64,000 nt of DNA from Monocercomonoides exilis PA203 (taxonomy: Eukaryota; Protista; Preaxostyla): assembly GCA_001643675.2 (NCBI GenBank), contig LSRY02000043.1, positions 744,001 through 808,000 on the forward strand. The letters are read 5' to 3'. The position numbers were made by a program, and so were the translations under genes. A model generated the notes under the pieces. It was given only the letters and a program-made list of their open reading frames with translations, ran no database searches and was not told the origin of the DNA. Position 1 is the first letter of the stretch. Every line of letters starts with the position of its first letter. Below, piece after piece: positions 1 to 14,193 of this stretch.

Positions 1-1528
1 GAAGCATCTGTTGGACATTCAAATTTAAGTGCACTTCAGAATTCAGGAACATTTATGGCTTCTTCCTCATCTTCCTCTTCTTCATCTTCTTCATCTTCTT
101 CATCTTCTCAGTCTTCTCCTCCCCTTTCGATCGCTGTTCCATCGAAAGAAGCCAAAAGCCAAAATCTTCCTTCTTCTGCCTTTTTCGACGAGGAACTGAA
201 CGAGTACATCCAGTCAGGCGGGATTATCAGCTCTATTCTGATGAACTCTTCGTTTTCGCTTCCTGATTTCCCGCCGTTCATTTCGTACTCCACAGCCGCA
301 CTCAAAGTGAACAAGGAGGACTCTGCTGAAGGAGAGGGTAAAGACGAAGAAAACAAAGGGAGGAAGGAGAAGGAGAAGGAGAAGGAAAAAGAGAAAGAGA
401 AAGACGAATTTTCGAGTGTTTCCTGCGAACAGCGCTGTGCCACAGAGATGAAGCAGATCAAAACGGGGGTGCTGTCGAAGATTGTCGAGAAGATTACGAA
501 TGGCGAGGCGGAGTGGCTCAACAACATCGACCCTTTTCTGCTCACACACAGAGACGTCGCTTCTTCTGAGGACGTGTTTATGCTGTTGCTGATGCGGTTC
601 CGCGAGCTCGCAGCACATCTGCCGAATGCTTCTTTGAATAAGATGGAGAAAGAGAAAGAGAAAGAGAAGGAGAAGGAGAAGGATGAAAAGGATAGTGAAA
701 ACAAAGAAAGAGATAGAATGCTTGAGAATGAAAAGCAGATGCGAGAAGCGAAAGAAGAGCTCGAAGAAATCGAATTTGAGAAAGAGCTGTGGGAGAAGAT
801 GAAGAAGACACAGAACGAACAAGAACTGTGGCAGACTCCACTGATTCCGTATCCTTCTTTGTCTGCTCGCTTCAGAACATTCACTCCACCCCCACCTCCC
901 TCATCATCCCCTTCTTCTTCTTCCACTTCAGATGAGAATAAACCAACACCCAAGCGCCCTTCTTTTGCTCCCACTTTGATCTCCACAAAGGGAAAAACGA
1001 ATAACAATGAAACAAATCAACAAGTTGCAACTGCATCACCTTCAAATTCTTCCACTTCTTCTACTTCTTCTTCTACATCACCTGTTTTATCTGCTTCTTC
1101 TTCTTCTTCTTCTTCTTCTTCTTCTGATTCTTCATCTCCTCCTGTTTCATCTCCTTCTGTTTCATCTCCTTCTGTCTCTTCAACAACAACAACTACTACT
1201 ACGACCACGCCTTCTTCTCCTTCATCTTCTTCTTCTTCCTCCTCTTCATCATCATCTTCTTCTTCTTCGGGAACATCTTCTCTTCCCACTTTGCGTGTAT
1301 TAACATTCTCCAAACAGAAAGACAAGGCTGAAGCGCCTTTGTCTCCGTCTCACTCACACTCTTTGCCTTCTTCCTCTACTTCATCTTCTTCCTCTTCTGC
1401 TTCATCTCCTCCTCTTTCTCCAAAAGATAAAGTTTCTCCTTCTCAAACTCCTTCCAATGAATCTTCAACATCTCCAGATAACTCCATTTCATCCTCAAGC
1501 AATTCAACATCATCATCTTCCTCTTCCA

Positions 1529-1559
<31 letters not shown>

Positions 1560-3732
1560 TTCTCTTTCTTCCCCTCCTCCCTTTTCCACCCTCTCCTCCT
1601 TCGCCACTCCCACCCGCTCTGTCTGCAGCATCGTTGCCAGATGGCTTCAGCTGCATCCTTCTGACTTCGATTCTGAGGCGATGTCGTTCATCTTCCGCAT
1701 GTTTTTGCGCGAGCTGACGAAAAAGAAAGGATTCGGAAGAGTTTCCGCTGAGCTGCTGAGGCTGTTTGTGTTGGCGATGGATGAAGACGAAGACGAAGAC
1801 GAAGACGAAGGAGGAAGTGATGAAGAAGAACACGATGAAAAAGAAGCAGATGGCGCCGGCTGTGAAAAGAGCCATGTGAAAGAAGGGAAAACGGAAAGGA
1901 ACGCAGCGAAAGAAGAGAGGAAGAGGAAGAGGATGATGAGAGTGTCTGTGAAGAGAGGGATGCCGCTGGGGTGGGTGTGCGACGGGAAAGAGCATCATTG
2001 GACTGAAAATGTGTTTCTTTCATCTGCCCCTTCGTCGGCTTCTTCTTCGACTTTTTCTTCTGCTTCTTCAGAGCCTTCTATTGCTGTTCCGTTGTCTACT
2101 GTTCATCATCCGCTTTCCATCCAAACGCTTATTAGCCTTCCTCTTGTTGTTGTGCCTCTTCCACATTCAATGCATCATTCTCCATCTTCTTCATGTTCTC
2201 CTTCGTATTCTCCTTCTTTGCTTCCTTCTCCTTCTCCCATTTCTCTCTTCGCCCGCTCTTTCTTGACCAACCCAGTTTCGTTGTCTCGGCAGCTGCTTTT
2301 GTTTGAGCTGCAGCTGTTTCAGAACATCAACAGCGCTGAATATTTGAATTCTTTGAGCTCAAACGCATTTCGCTCATTTTCTCATCTTGTTTTCCACCCG
2401 CTCTTTCCGAACCTGAGCCGGCTGGTGTTTCATGTGCGTGTCTTTTCTGCGGCGATGGTGTTTGTGATGATGTTTGGCGAGGAAGTGGCAGAGGTTGAGG
2501 CAGATGAAGGGGCAGAAGATGCAGAGAATGGGACTGGAGAGGGAAGCGATCTGAAGAAAGAAGCAAAAAAACTTGATCTGAAGAGGAATTCGCTGATTAT
2601 TTCTCCGTTTGCGTTAAAAGCGAAGAAGGGAACAGAAAAGGAGAAAGAAGAAGAGAGAGAGAAAGCGAAGCTGACGAAAAAACTGACACTTGGAGAAGTT
2701 TTGAGTGATGTTTTTGTGTTTTTTGATGAAACGATGAAGCTTCGGAATTTCTGTGCAGCAAAAGCGATTGGCGTGTCTTTGGATGTTGTGATGAAGGAGA
2801 TTGAAAAGAAGGAGAAGGAGAAAGAGAAGGAGAAGGAGAAAGAGAAAGAAAAGAAGAATGAATCGTTGAAAGACGATGAAAAAGAAGAAAAAGAGAATAT
2901 TTTGATAATGCTGAAAGGTTGGCTTGAAAAGAATGATGAGGAAGCTAAAGAGAAAGAGAAAGAGAAAGAGAAAGAGAAAGAGAAAGAAAAGGAAAAGGAG
3001 AAAGAAAAAGAGAAAGAAATAAAAAGAAAAGATGATAAGCTGAGGTATGCAAAGAAATACTATTTGAGAGATGTGACAAATGTGACTGAAGAGCAAAAAG
3101 CCAAAATAAAAGACATTTTGAGAATAACTTCTTCAAAGGGAAACTACAAAGAATTGCGAAAATTGATGAAGACCCCTTCGACTGCTGGAACGCCTTTGCT
3201 TTCTTCATCCTCTACCAATCAGCCTTCTTCTGCTGCTTCATCGCTTTCTTCTTCTACTAGTTCTATTTCTTCTATTTCCTCTATTTCTTCTTCTTCATCT
3301 TCTCCTTCTTCTTCTTCCTCCTCCTCCTCCTCAACAACAACATTTTGCTTGCCTTGTGTAGAAGCGTACCTTGCAGACATCAATTTGCTTAGTGATTGTC
3401 TGCCTTCTCTTGTTTCTGCGCCTCTTTCGTCTTCTGTTTCTGGGCTGCCAACATCGCCAACGAGCAACTTCACATCCACATTTTCAACCGCATTGACTTC
3501 TCATGCCACCAATTTCATTACACAAAAAAGCGACACGTCAACATTGGGGCTGATGCTGAACACACTCAACTTTACGAAGCACCGCTCTCTGCACAGCTGC
3601 CTTGTTGAGCTTGTTTCTTTGTATGATTCAAATCAATGGAACAAGGAAATAAAGGAAGATCCTGATACAACGCTTATCATATCATCCATCGAAAATGTTG
3701 AGGATCTTGTCATTCAGGCATTGTTGGAATAA
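1..3732 (+). CDS. RasGEF-like protein (REM + CDC25-like domain, heavily expanded by poly-Ser and EK repeats); 5' end lies outside the window
   Basis: Frame is open from base 1 through the 1225-aa ORF. REM-like FLLTHRDVASSEDVFMLLLMRF and VARWLQLHPSDF; CDC25-like LSRQLLLFELQLFQNI, LRNFCAAKAI, SSKGNYKELR, CLPCVEAYLADI, LNFTK. Confidence 0.8.
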
Positions 3733-4061
3733 GAATTTTTTATATTGAAGGAAAATTTCATTTTATTATTTATCATTGTGAAGCAATTTTTAATCATATC
3801 ATTCATTGTGTATCATTAGTATAGGAGTTTCATTTTATTAATAGATTTTATATGATAAATAATTATGCTTTATCTTAATTATAGTTAAGTTTGTAGTTAT
3901 TATTTAAGCTTTGAAACTTTTTTTTTGAAAGCCTAACAAAAATTCAATAGATAAAATGTGAAATGAATTGGTCATTTCAAGTAATTTGTATTATTTCAAG
4001 TTTCAGCCACCAATTTTGAATTAACCCAGTTATTTTGAAATAACCTTGAAAAACTTAAATC

Positions 4062-4899
4062 GGTTAATCACAACTTTAAGTAACATTCAGAAACTCGTTT
4101 TTTTTCAAATTTTTTGTGATAGAATGATTTAATATCTAAAAATAAAAAATGCTAGGGGTGAATTTTCCATTTTTAGAATACTTTTTTTTCTATGAAAAAA
4201 ATTAAATTTTCGAAAACATTATGGTTATGATCAAACAAATTTCAAAAATTTTTGTTTGAAAATTGAACGATTTTTGGAAATTTCATTATTTGGAACAAAT
4301 TGATTTGTTGGAAAATATATTTCGATTCAATTGAAGTGAATTTAAGATGTTTGAAGTTCTTATTTGAAAGTTTTGAAAATTTTAAAAGAAAAAAATTTTG
4401 TGAAAACGAACTTCTTGGGTTTCGTTCTGCTTTAGGGTTTTCCTTCGAATCGAAATATTAGGTTTTGGATTTGCGTTTAATTTTTGTTTATATTTTTTAT
4501 AAATAGGGTTAGGGTTTAAATCGAAAAATCAATTTTTCACACACAAAAAACGTGTGTTTCAATGATTGCGCTAGATGAAAGGTGAAAATAATAAATATTA
4601 AAATGAATTGAGAACTTTTGTTATTTTTTCTTTGTAAAATAAAAAAAAGAAAGCTTTGAATTATATAAAAAATTTTAAATAATTCTTTCGATAAGTTGAT
4701 TTCAATTAAAATTATTAGTAATTTTTTTGATCATAACCATAATGTTTTCGAAAATTTAATTTTTTTCATAGAAAAAAAAGTATTCTAAAAATGGAAAATT
4801 CACCCCTAGCATTTTTTATTTTTAGATATTAAATCATTCTATCACAAAAAATTTGAAAAAAAACGAGTTTCTGAATGTTACTTAAAGTTGTGACTTGCC
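4062..4899. mobile_element. Non-autonomous TIR element (MITE), Merlin-type ends
   Basis: ~170-bp near-perfect inverted repeats (4068-4240 / 4721-4893), GG...CC termini, 8-bp direct repeat CTTAAATC at 4054-4061 and 4900-4907; no ORF. Confidence 0.85.
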
Positions 4900-5199
4900 C
4901 TTAAATCTACTTGCCGTTTTTAAAAAGCATTGAATATGCATTTTTTGATTGAATAAATGGTTTCAACCATGTTCAGAATTATTTTTGCTTGTTTTGTTTT
5001 ATCAAAAAAATCTGAGATTTATCGTTTTGGGATTTAAAGAAAATTGTTTTAGTTATTTTTGTGAGAAAAATTCAAAAAAAATAAATAAATAAATAAATAA
5101 ATTGTATTTTCATAAGTTGAAATATTTGATGTTTCTCCAATAATACAATTTGAATTTGATTTCTTTGGATAAAAATCTTTTTTAAAAGCTTTCACAAGT

Positions 5200-6080
5200 T
5201 TTGTAATATATAATTCATCGAATGAAAATTGAAAAATTGACAAAGAATTGCAATAACATCTTTTTCATTTCATTTTCAAATATTCGGTTTGTCTTAAACT
5301 GTCAAGCAAATTGATCAGAAAGCTGTGTGAAATTGTGATACTTCTGATGATGAAGATAATCTCTTTGATTTTTTTCAAATACAGTTCTTTTTTCTCTTCC
5401 AATGCAAAAAATAAGAAAATAAAATGAATTTATGAATTTATAAATATATAAAAACACCTCACATCGTTTTATGTTGCTCAAAGCTAGTATGGTTATTTCT
5501 CCTTCCTTCCGAACTTTTTTTCTTTCCTCTTTGTTTAATGCGACTTTCACAAAAGATGACACGCACACAGGATATGGATCCAAAGAACGCAAGCCGTCAA
5601 GTGAAAATAAGCGCTCGTAAAGATCAGTTTGAAGCTTTTCATTCTTTTCTTCTTTTTTCATTTCTTCATTATCAATCATCTTCTCAAATCTTTCGTTCAT
5701 CGAATATTTTTCAAAACTTCCATTCCACTGGTTCAACAGCACATTTAAATATCCAATGCACTTCAGTGACAAAACTGCATTTCCCGCTGAAATTTTCTTT
5801 TCTTCAATCATTTTGAATATTTAGTCTAAAAACAAAATCTTTTGTGAAAGCAGATTTGAATTCTTCTTTATTCATTTCATCAATCACTCCATCTTCTTCA
5901 AGGATTATCAACTTCTTTTCTCTTCATTTCAATCTTCGAAACAAGAAAACAAATCTGCTTTAAAACAATGAAATAAATTCAATCATCATGAATTCATTTC
6001 AATTGCAATTTCACACATGTTATCATTATTGTTTTATTCGCTCTGCAGTATTTTCGCTAAAACTTTTCAACCAGAATGTG
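5200..6080 (-). pseudogene. Decayed member of a repetitive helical-repeat protein family of the type expanded in oxymonads
   Basis: ORF 5302-5811 (ERFEKMID..KKEEKNEKL..DL; VALNKEE..K.RKE.EI.ILALSNI) with frameshifts and stops on both sides. Family recognised from memory only. Confidence 0.5.
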
Positions 6081-6649
6081 TTTAAAAAATATTATTCAAA
6101 TTTTATAAAAGAAAGCTTTTGAAATGAAAATAAAATAACATGAAAACATATAAAACAAACAAAAGAAATTGCTAACAAACTTGTTTTAGCTGCATTTTTG
6201 TTTTCAATAAACAAACGAAAATACGTGAAGAAAATGAATTGATCATTTTCATAGGGTGGTTTTTTTATCCGGACATTTTTTTTTATCCGGACAAAAATTT
6301 TAATTATGAATTATTTCTTCATACTTTTTGGATATTTCTTTATATTTTTGATATATAAGGAAAAGTCAGTAATTAGAATTTCAGATTAAATTACTATACC
6401 TAATCTCTGATGGTGGGGGAGATGGGGGGGTTAGCTCCTCCATCTCTGGATTAGTGCCTCCCGTGAGGAGATTAGGTAATAGCAAGGGGGCTTCCCAAGT
6501 TTGAATTTGATCGAAAAAAATTTTTTGATTTTTTTTCATTTCAAAAAAAATTTTTTTTATAAAAATAAAAAAAGATCATTACCAGAATATTTTTTAATGA
6601 GTGTTGTGAAAAACAAAAGAGAACGTGGACAGTTAATTCTTCGAGAAAA

Positions 6650-7755
6650 AATGATGTCATTTGAATATCGAAGAATTGAAAATCGATTAGAGCGGATTGC
6701 AACTATTATTTTGGATGGAAAGGCAAGGATAGTGGACGCAGTGAATCTACATGAATTCAGCCGTTTAGCCATTAATAGAGCAATAACAGCATTGGAAAAC
6801 AAAAGAAAAGTCGGCAAAATTGGACACCCATAGTTACTAACAGACAAAGAAAAGAAAACAGTAGAGGATGTCATTCGCTGTGAAAGTTCAAGTGGAGTGA
6901 GCATTTCTGTTTCTCAAATGAAACAATTTGTTTCTTTTTTCTTTCACTGATAAACATTGATTTATTGTTATCTTATTATGGATGGAATCTGTCATTTCTG
7001 ACAGACAAGAAAACCTATTCGTGGGAAAATATGGACTTTCAAGCTTTTTATGCACAAAGCATAAAAAAATTTCTTCACTCATAACTTTTGATAGCTTTCT
7101 CATATTTCAAAATTTATTAGTTTTTCTTATTTGCAAATAGCCATCATAGATGTGACGATAAAAAGTTTTGTGACATTCCTTGAATGTCAAGAAATGAACG
7201 CATTTTAATTGAATTTTTTGATCACAAAAAGCTTATCAAAAATGCATAATTTTTTAGTGAAAATGCCTGAAGTCAAATATTTTGTCCCATTCGAAGAAGA
7301 AAAAGAAGGAGTTGAAATTTCGAAGTCATAACCCTACTCATTCATTAAAAGAAATCCACACCTCAAAGTATCTCTTCCAAGAAACGTTGATATTCAACGA
7401 TTAGCTGTTTCAAATAAACAAACCCTCCATCCTTTCTACGAACTTCTTCAACATCTTCATAATACTTATAAATATTCTACTTCATTGATATTTAATACCG
7501 ATGAATCTTCACTTCACCTCTCAGATACCACCAAAAAGCTTGTTGTGCATCCTTCCGATTCACCAGCTGAGTTCAACAAAACACCCATGAACATGTCAAA
7601 CACCATATTGTGCATTAAAGCTGCTGCAGATGGTTATTCTTTGAAAAGCATTGTTTTATCAACTTCAAAGAAAATTCCAGCCGAAGTGCATGTGATGCTC
7701 TGCTCTTCAATAAATATCTGTGAAGACAACGATGGCTAGACGACCGTTACAATAT
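6650..7755 (+). pseudogene. pogo-like transposase, N-terminal part (HTH region + first catalytic Asp)
   Basis: GHP*LLTDKEKK HTH-like segment, IFNTDESSL motif, in-frame stops, probable introns. Confidence 0.75.
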
Positions 7756-8199
7756 GGGTGTTTTTTTTTGACATCGTAAAAAAAGATCAAAAATCGAAAA
7801 AATAAAAGCTATTGTGGTATTAATTGATCATAGAGTTTAATTGATTATTTGCAAGTATTTAGCTTTTATTTCTGTAATATGTATTTGTTTTATTATTATA
7901 TGCAAAAAAACATACCTTTTTCACGTTAAAAGTGAAAAAGGATTTTTTGATCAAGTTTAATAGATATTAACAAAAACAAATAAATGAAACTTCAGAAAAA
8001 AAAAGAAGTTTCAAGACTAACTTTACAATACCGATTATTGGAAAATAAAAATTAAATAGACAGATATAAATATATATAATAAGTTTATTTTAAATTTTAT
8101 AAAACGTGTGTAATATTTATTGAGCTGAAACTTCATAACAAAGTTCCTGTTATTGCTGAGCAGTTCAACAGAGTTTGCAAATAACGTTTCAAAAAATGA

Positions 8200-11100
8200 A
8201 GGAGAAACAATAATTAATGATAACAATTTTCATAAACTCTTCTTTCTCTCTTTATTCTTCGTATTACATCCCCATTTAGCTTCTTTCTTATCCTCCATTC
8301 CTCTTTCTTCCTTTTCCTCTAACATTCATCCAAATTCCCCTTTCGAAACATTGATGATGCAATATTCTTCTTCCTCCAACACTTTTCTCTCCATTCATCT
8401 CATGACATCCTTTTATTTCTCTGATAACTCCTTCAAACCTCTGAAAACACTTTTTTATTCCACATCAAGTTCATCAGCTGCTTTGCCATTCAGGATATAA
8501 GTGAAGGAGCACTTGGAAGAGATGTGTATTTTGTATATAAGTCTCATAACGCTTCTGTAAACGAATCTTCTTTCACTTTATTAAGAATCATCAGTCAAAT
8601 AACGATGCGATTGTTGGAAAATTCAGAGCAGAAGCATTTGGCAACTGGAATTCCGTTTTGTTTGTATTCTTTGAAGGTTTCTTTGCTGACAAGGTGGATG
8701 CGGATGGAACATCTTGCAAAAAGGATGCGTGAAGTGGGGTGTAGAAGGCTCTTTGTTTGAACGTGAATAATGAAATGGAACACTACAAGAGAACACTGAA
8801 TGCAAAACATGAAATTGCTGTATGTTCAAAATTTACGATGAACAGATGTGTGGATGCGAGTGGAATATGCATGAAGGCAAAAGATAAGGTTGTTATGAAG
8901 ATATAATGCCAGACAGAAGTAAGCGATTATGTAGAAGATGAAATTTTGAAAAGGAAGGCAATGGTTTTTTTTTCTATTCGACCTTTCTCTTTCTCTTTCT
9001 CTCAATAACTCCTTCTTTTTAAAATTCTCCTATTTCACTTTCCTGACTCTCTCTTCTTTAAAAATTCAGGCAATCTTAAACAAAAGAGTTTCAAATAACC
9101 CGTTCGATAGAAGTATTCACTCATTAGACTCACAATGCATGCTATTCTTGGGAAACCTAAATTTGCCTCTTCAACAAACTCCTCTTCTTGTGATATGAAC
9201 TGCATCTGCTTGCCAATCACAATCCCATTTGTTCGCATTATCTTCATCTTCATCAGCGCATCTGCCCAACTCGACCTTGATAGCGACAAATCCAATGCAG
9301 AATAACTGATCTTTCTGAAGCTTCCGTTGCTTTCTCTTCCTCCTCTGCAACTTCCGCCACATCAGTTTGTATCTGCTGTGTGCATTATGGATCAAATACA
9401 ACCCCACGATGCAATTATACTCTCTTCCGTTGGGTCTTCCAGACTGCGAGAAAAGTGGAACTTGCGAGAGAACTTCACAATGAAACCCTCACTCAAAATG
9501 AGCTGGTTATTCGTCTCAAATTTTTCATCTGCCGTTTAATACCACTCATGCTCAATTGAGTTGTCGTTCAGTGTGCAGAGCAGGTTCGTGCTCACGTTCA
9601 GAGCTGCACACGAAAAAAACAATTCACATTAGATGTTCACCTACAGAATCAATGCAGGCTACTCCTGCTGCTTCCAGAGCAAGTCCATCGCGCGCTGAGG
9701 GACAGACGATGGCTGCGGGGCAGGCGTGTGTGAAGAGCCTTCGTGATTTACACGCCATGTGTTCCGCACACGTGGTGAGTAATGGAAGATATCAATCTTT
9801 TCCTTTTCGGCATCTGCTCCGTTTCTCCCATCAAACTTCCTCTGTGCCACAGACACTGTAGGCGCACCTTCCTCTCCTTCTCTTCGCGGACTATCGAACA
9901 TTTGTTCTTCTTTTTTCATCTTCTTCAGCAACGAAAGCTTGCGAAAATCTCTTCAACGTCTGTTTCCTTCAGCACCTCAAACAGCACCCACTTCATCTGA
10001 ATTCTCCTTGGACTGAATCAGGCGGAAAGTCCATCTGCCCCATCTGAATTTGCACCAATCGATGTGCCACTTCCATCACTCTCAATCCTGTTCCTATACC
10101 TCCCATGCCACCCAATGTTGATGTCAATCTGCCAAATATCAAATCATTCCCTCCTTCTTCACCTCCATCTCTTCATCTCGAAAGAAGGCTATTGCCCATC
10201 TTCTTCAGCTCTACCATGTCACCTCCATTGCTAAATGTTCCGTTGAGCATCTTCCTTCAATTTTCAGTTCGTATTCTTTAGGATTTGCTATCTTCTCGCA
10301 CCAATGAGCAAGCTTGCTATGTTAATTCTCCAGAGCTGCTCCAAGCTTCACACACTTCTTCAACGTTCGATATTTCTCTTTCTGTTGCTCCTTCCGCATC
10401 TTTCTTCTTTTCTTCTTCTTCCTCTTATCAAACATTGATTCATACTCATTTATGTATATTCATTGCCCCTATTCTCCACAGCTTTGACATTATTTGCCCC
10501 TCTCCGAGTTGTGTTTTCTTTACTCTGTCTTTAACAACGACAGTCGGTTCATGTCTCAATTTGATTCTTTGCGTTCTTATCACTTTTTTTGCCACTTCCT
10601 CTTCTTTAAGCAAGATGTGCAAAACATGAGACGAAGAAGACGATAAAGTTTTCAATTTAGTAGTAGGTGCAGATGCATGTGATGCTGAAAATATTGTTTG
10701 GCGAATTTGAGTGGACGAGACATGGAGGGAGATCGGTAATATGAAGAGGCCGAGGATAGGGGATGAACAGAAGAGTCTTGAAGAGGTGGTGAAAGTGCGT
10801 TTGTCAGCAGAGTAAACAGAAATGCTGTCGCTGGCGAGTTTAAAAAGAGAGTTCATCCATCGATTCCCAATATGTTCTGCAAAGCTTTAAATATCAAATG
10901 CAGTGTAATGCTTGAGTGGAGCAGAAGGTGGGAGCAATGTGAGAAAGGCAAGTGCGCAGGAAAAATGATTGATAATAACAGCTCTTATGTCTCGTTCTCA
11001 CACATACAAGAGAAAAAAAGTTTGCGGTTTCAGACACTTCGAGTATATATTCTGCAAAGATGTTAATTTCATTATCGAGACGATAAAAATTCCAAATATA

Positions 11101-13750
11101 TGTCAAATTGTTTATAGATCTGAAAAAGTGCATGTTGGTGTGAAATATGATTCTCAAAAAAATGCTTTTGAACTGTATGTGCTTAAAAAATTCTCACCTC
11201 TGTCGTTTATATCACATATGTTTCTGTTTCGTTCACTTTGAAATTTCTCCCTTTCTTGCATTGGCATCAGTGTCCTTCTGCCTTCCAGCTTTCCTCTCTT
11301 CTCTCGATGCGATTTCTCAACCCCTTTCACTAGCTCAGGCATTGTTGAAAAACAACCATGAACCCATCACTTCTTCCTGTCTGCTTTCCGCTCGTTCTCT
11401 CTATCCAACGCCGTTGTCCTTATCCTCCTCTTTTCCATCCGTCTAATGTCCCAAAGCCTATTTTCTGTTCCACGCCCAATCCACTTTCACATGAAGTCGA
11501 CGAACCAAATAGAAACGAAGATACTATGGCTGCCGATGGATCTTATCTCATTACAAATGAAAGACTTGATCCCTTCTCGTTGCATGCTTTGTGCCGTACT
11601 GGATGCGGACGGAAGCGATTTTGACAAAGCTCATCCGGTTCTGGTGATCATGGAAGTGTTGCGAACAGCTGCTCCCCTTATCCGTCTCCTGCAGATCCAT
11701 TTTGGGCTTCAGCTTCTCCTTCAATTTCTCTCGCTTTTCCTCTATTTTTTCTTTGTGCCCTTCTTCCTGGTCCTTTTCCTGGCCTTTTTGCTGCATTTCC
11801 TTTTCCACTTATTTCTAGTTTCTGCACTGCCTCGACACACACTGCTTTTCATGCTCCATATTCTCTCTTTTTTGACTTTCTTTTTCGTTTGCAGCTTCTC
11901 CATCTTTGTTTCCACTCTCATATTAATTTTCTGCATTGCTGATCTGCTCATATCTCCAAGGATGATGGCGGTGGCGGTGGTGCGGATGCTGATGGTGGTG
12001 GTGTTGGTGGTGGCGGCTGTGGCAATGTTCATCGTCATCCACTTGCAACGTCTCCTCCTTTTCTCCTGACTGCACAGAATCCCTCAGCACCATCCGCTCC
12101 TCCATTCGGTGCGGATTAACGATGAAAACATTGAATGGCTGCAAATACAGAAATATCATCTCCTTTTGATTTTTCGCAGTCGCAGATGCAGACGACCTTC
12201 CCTCCGCCCATTCTCAAATCCTTCAATTTCTCATCACCTCCTCTCTCTCTCTCTCTCATCTATTCTTCTTCTTTAGAAATCTCATTACTTTCTTCTTCAC
12301 TCTTTTCCTCTTTATCTCCTTCTCCTTCTTTTTATTCTTTCATTATTTCTCCATCTAATTTAATCTTCTTATTGTCATCTTGAAAACTTCAACTCAGCTT
12401 ATTCTTCATTGATTTGCTACAAATCGCATGTTTTTACAATGATAGATAACTTTCGTTTCGCGTTCACATTCCTCACTGAATAATCTTTTCTTGCTCTCAC
12501 TTTCATAAATGAATGAGTTGGAACTTGCAAATATTGTTCATTCACAGTCTGACTTGAATGTTATCTCCCTTCTTCAAATTCAAAAATATGTTTTCAATTT
12601 CTTCCTTCTTTTTCTTCGATTTTTCTTCGATTTTTCTTCGATTATTCTATCACTTTGTCTTTCGATTTTTCCAACATAACAATTATCTTCTCCTTCTTCT
12701 TCCTTTCTTTTCTCAGTGATATCCATCTTTCTCTCTATCTCCTTCATCTTCTGCTGCTTCTTCGCCCGAAGTGATAAATATATAAAAAATGATTCCAACG
12801 ATGGTTGGTACAAGAACACTTCGGCTACGTCGAATGTCCCGCCTGTGTCAGCGCACTCGCATTCCTCCTCTTCCCCTTGACACATGGATCTTAGAACCAA
12901 TCATCGTAGCTCTCTTTCGCGCTCTCATTCCATTCCTCCTCTTCTTTTCCACCAAACAGCGACTTCATCCGCTCTGCCCTCCCCTTCCCTTCTTTCCCTC
13001 CATTTTTCTCCTTCCCTTTATGTTCCCCATTTCCTTTGCTCCCGTTCTTTTGCCCTTTCTTTTCGCTCAAGAAACACCCCTCTCCTTTCTTCAGTAGCGT
13101 CCATCCGATCCCTTCTTCCCCACCCATCCCATTCCTCTTCCTTCCCTCATTTCTGCCTTCTCTTGTTTGTGTTCTGTCATTCCTCGTACCTGTTGAGTCA
13201 TTCACTTTGTTTAATTATTCTTTCCCTTGTGCTTTATTCTTTTCCCTTTCCTTCCTTCAAATCTGTTCTCTTCCGAATCGTTATTCCCATTCCCATTGAT
13301 GCATTTCTCTCTGTTTCGGTTGCTTCACTTATTTCTCTTTTTTCATACTCCTTCTTTTCCTCATCTTTTCCTCCAATTTCCTCCACCCCTTTAACCATCT
13401 CTACCCTCATATTTTCTTTCTCATTTATCCAATACACAATATGATTCAGCAACGCCGACTGAACACGATTGGCTTTCGACAGCTCACACAGTTTCAGCCG
13501 AGGAAGATCCGACGACTTGATATCTTCTGTATGTTATGGATCAATCAAAGAGATGATTGAACGAACAGAAGAATAGAAAGTAGTTGTAGTAGTAGTTACA
13601 GAAGAAGAAGAAGAAGAAAAAGAAGCTAAATGGAGTGGAAGGTGATGAAAATGAAGAATGTTAAATTGAAAACTGACCTGCTTCCCCGTTTTCATGTTGG
13701 CTGTTGCTCTGCCTCAATCCCTTTGGTCTATATCCTTGTGTCATGCTTTG
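8200..13750. pseudogene. Cargo: several decayed host-like coding fragments (His-rich, E/K-rich), function not recognised
   Basis: Higher-GC, codon-like composition with only short broken ORFs (e.g. 11551-12159 minus, HHQHHHHQHPHH). Confidence 0.4.
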
Positions 13751-14193
13751 ATACAAAAAACATATTTATGTGTGAAAATTAAACACATGAAAAGAAAAAT
13801 TTATTTTATAATAATAAAAATATGTGATATGTTTTCCATCTCATCCAAATTTTAATCGTTATTCATTTTTGTCACTTCTCAAACTTTCTAAATAATTCTT
13901 CCTCATTTCCTCGTTTCTCTTCTTTCTTTTCTCTCTATTTTTCTTTAAAACATTCATTTGCTTCAACACCATTCACCAAAAAAATGTTTTCTTTCAGCTC
14001 TGCTACTTGTTCTCAAACCTCTATTCTTCAACCATATTGCTTGCTTGCTGTCAGCACTGAATTATTGCCCATTGAAAAACCCTCAATTTTCGAAAATATT
14101 CTTATCTTAAAAACAAAAATTTGAATAATATGAGTTAACCATAATTATCAACATTATTTGGTTGCATTTGTTGCTCATTTCATATTGAACAAT

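Noticed and set aside
108-3479. Many antisense and overlapping ORFs in the RasGEF region
   Set aside because: By-products of TCT/GAA low-complexity codons.
4431-4517. True telomere or telomere-addition site
   Set aside because: Only one to two TTAGGG units, internal to a MITE.
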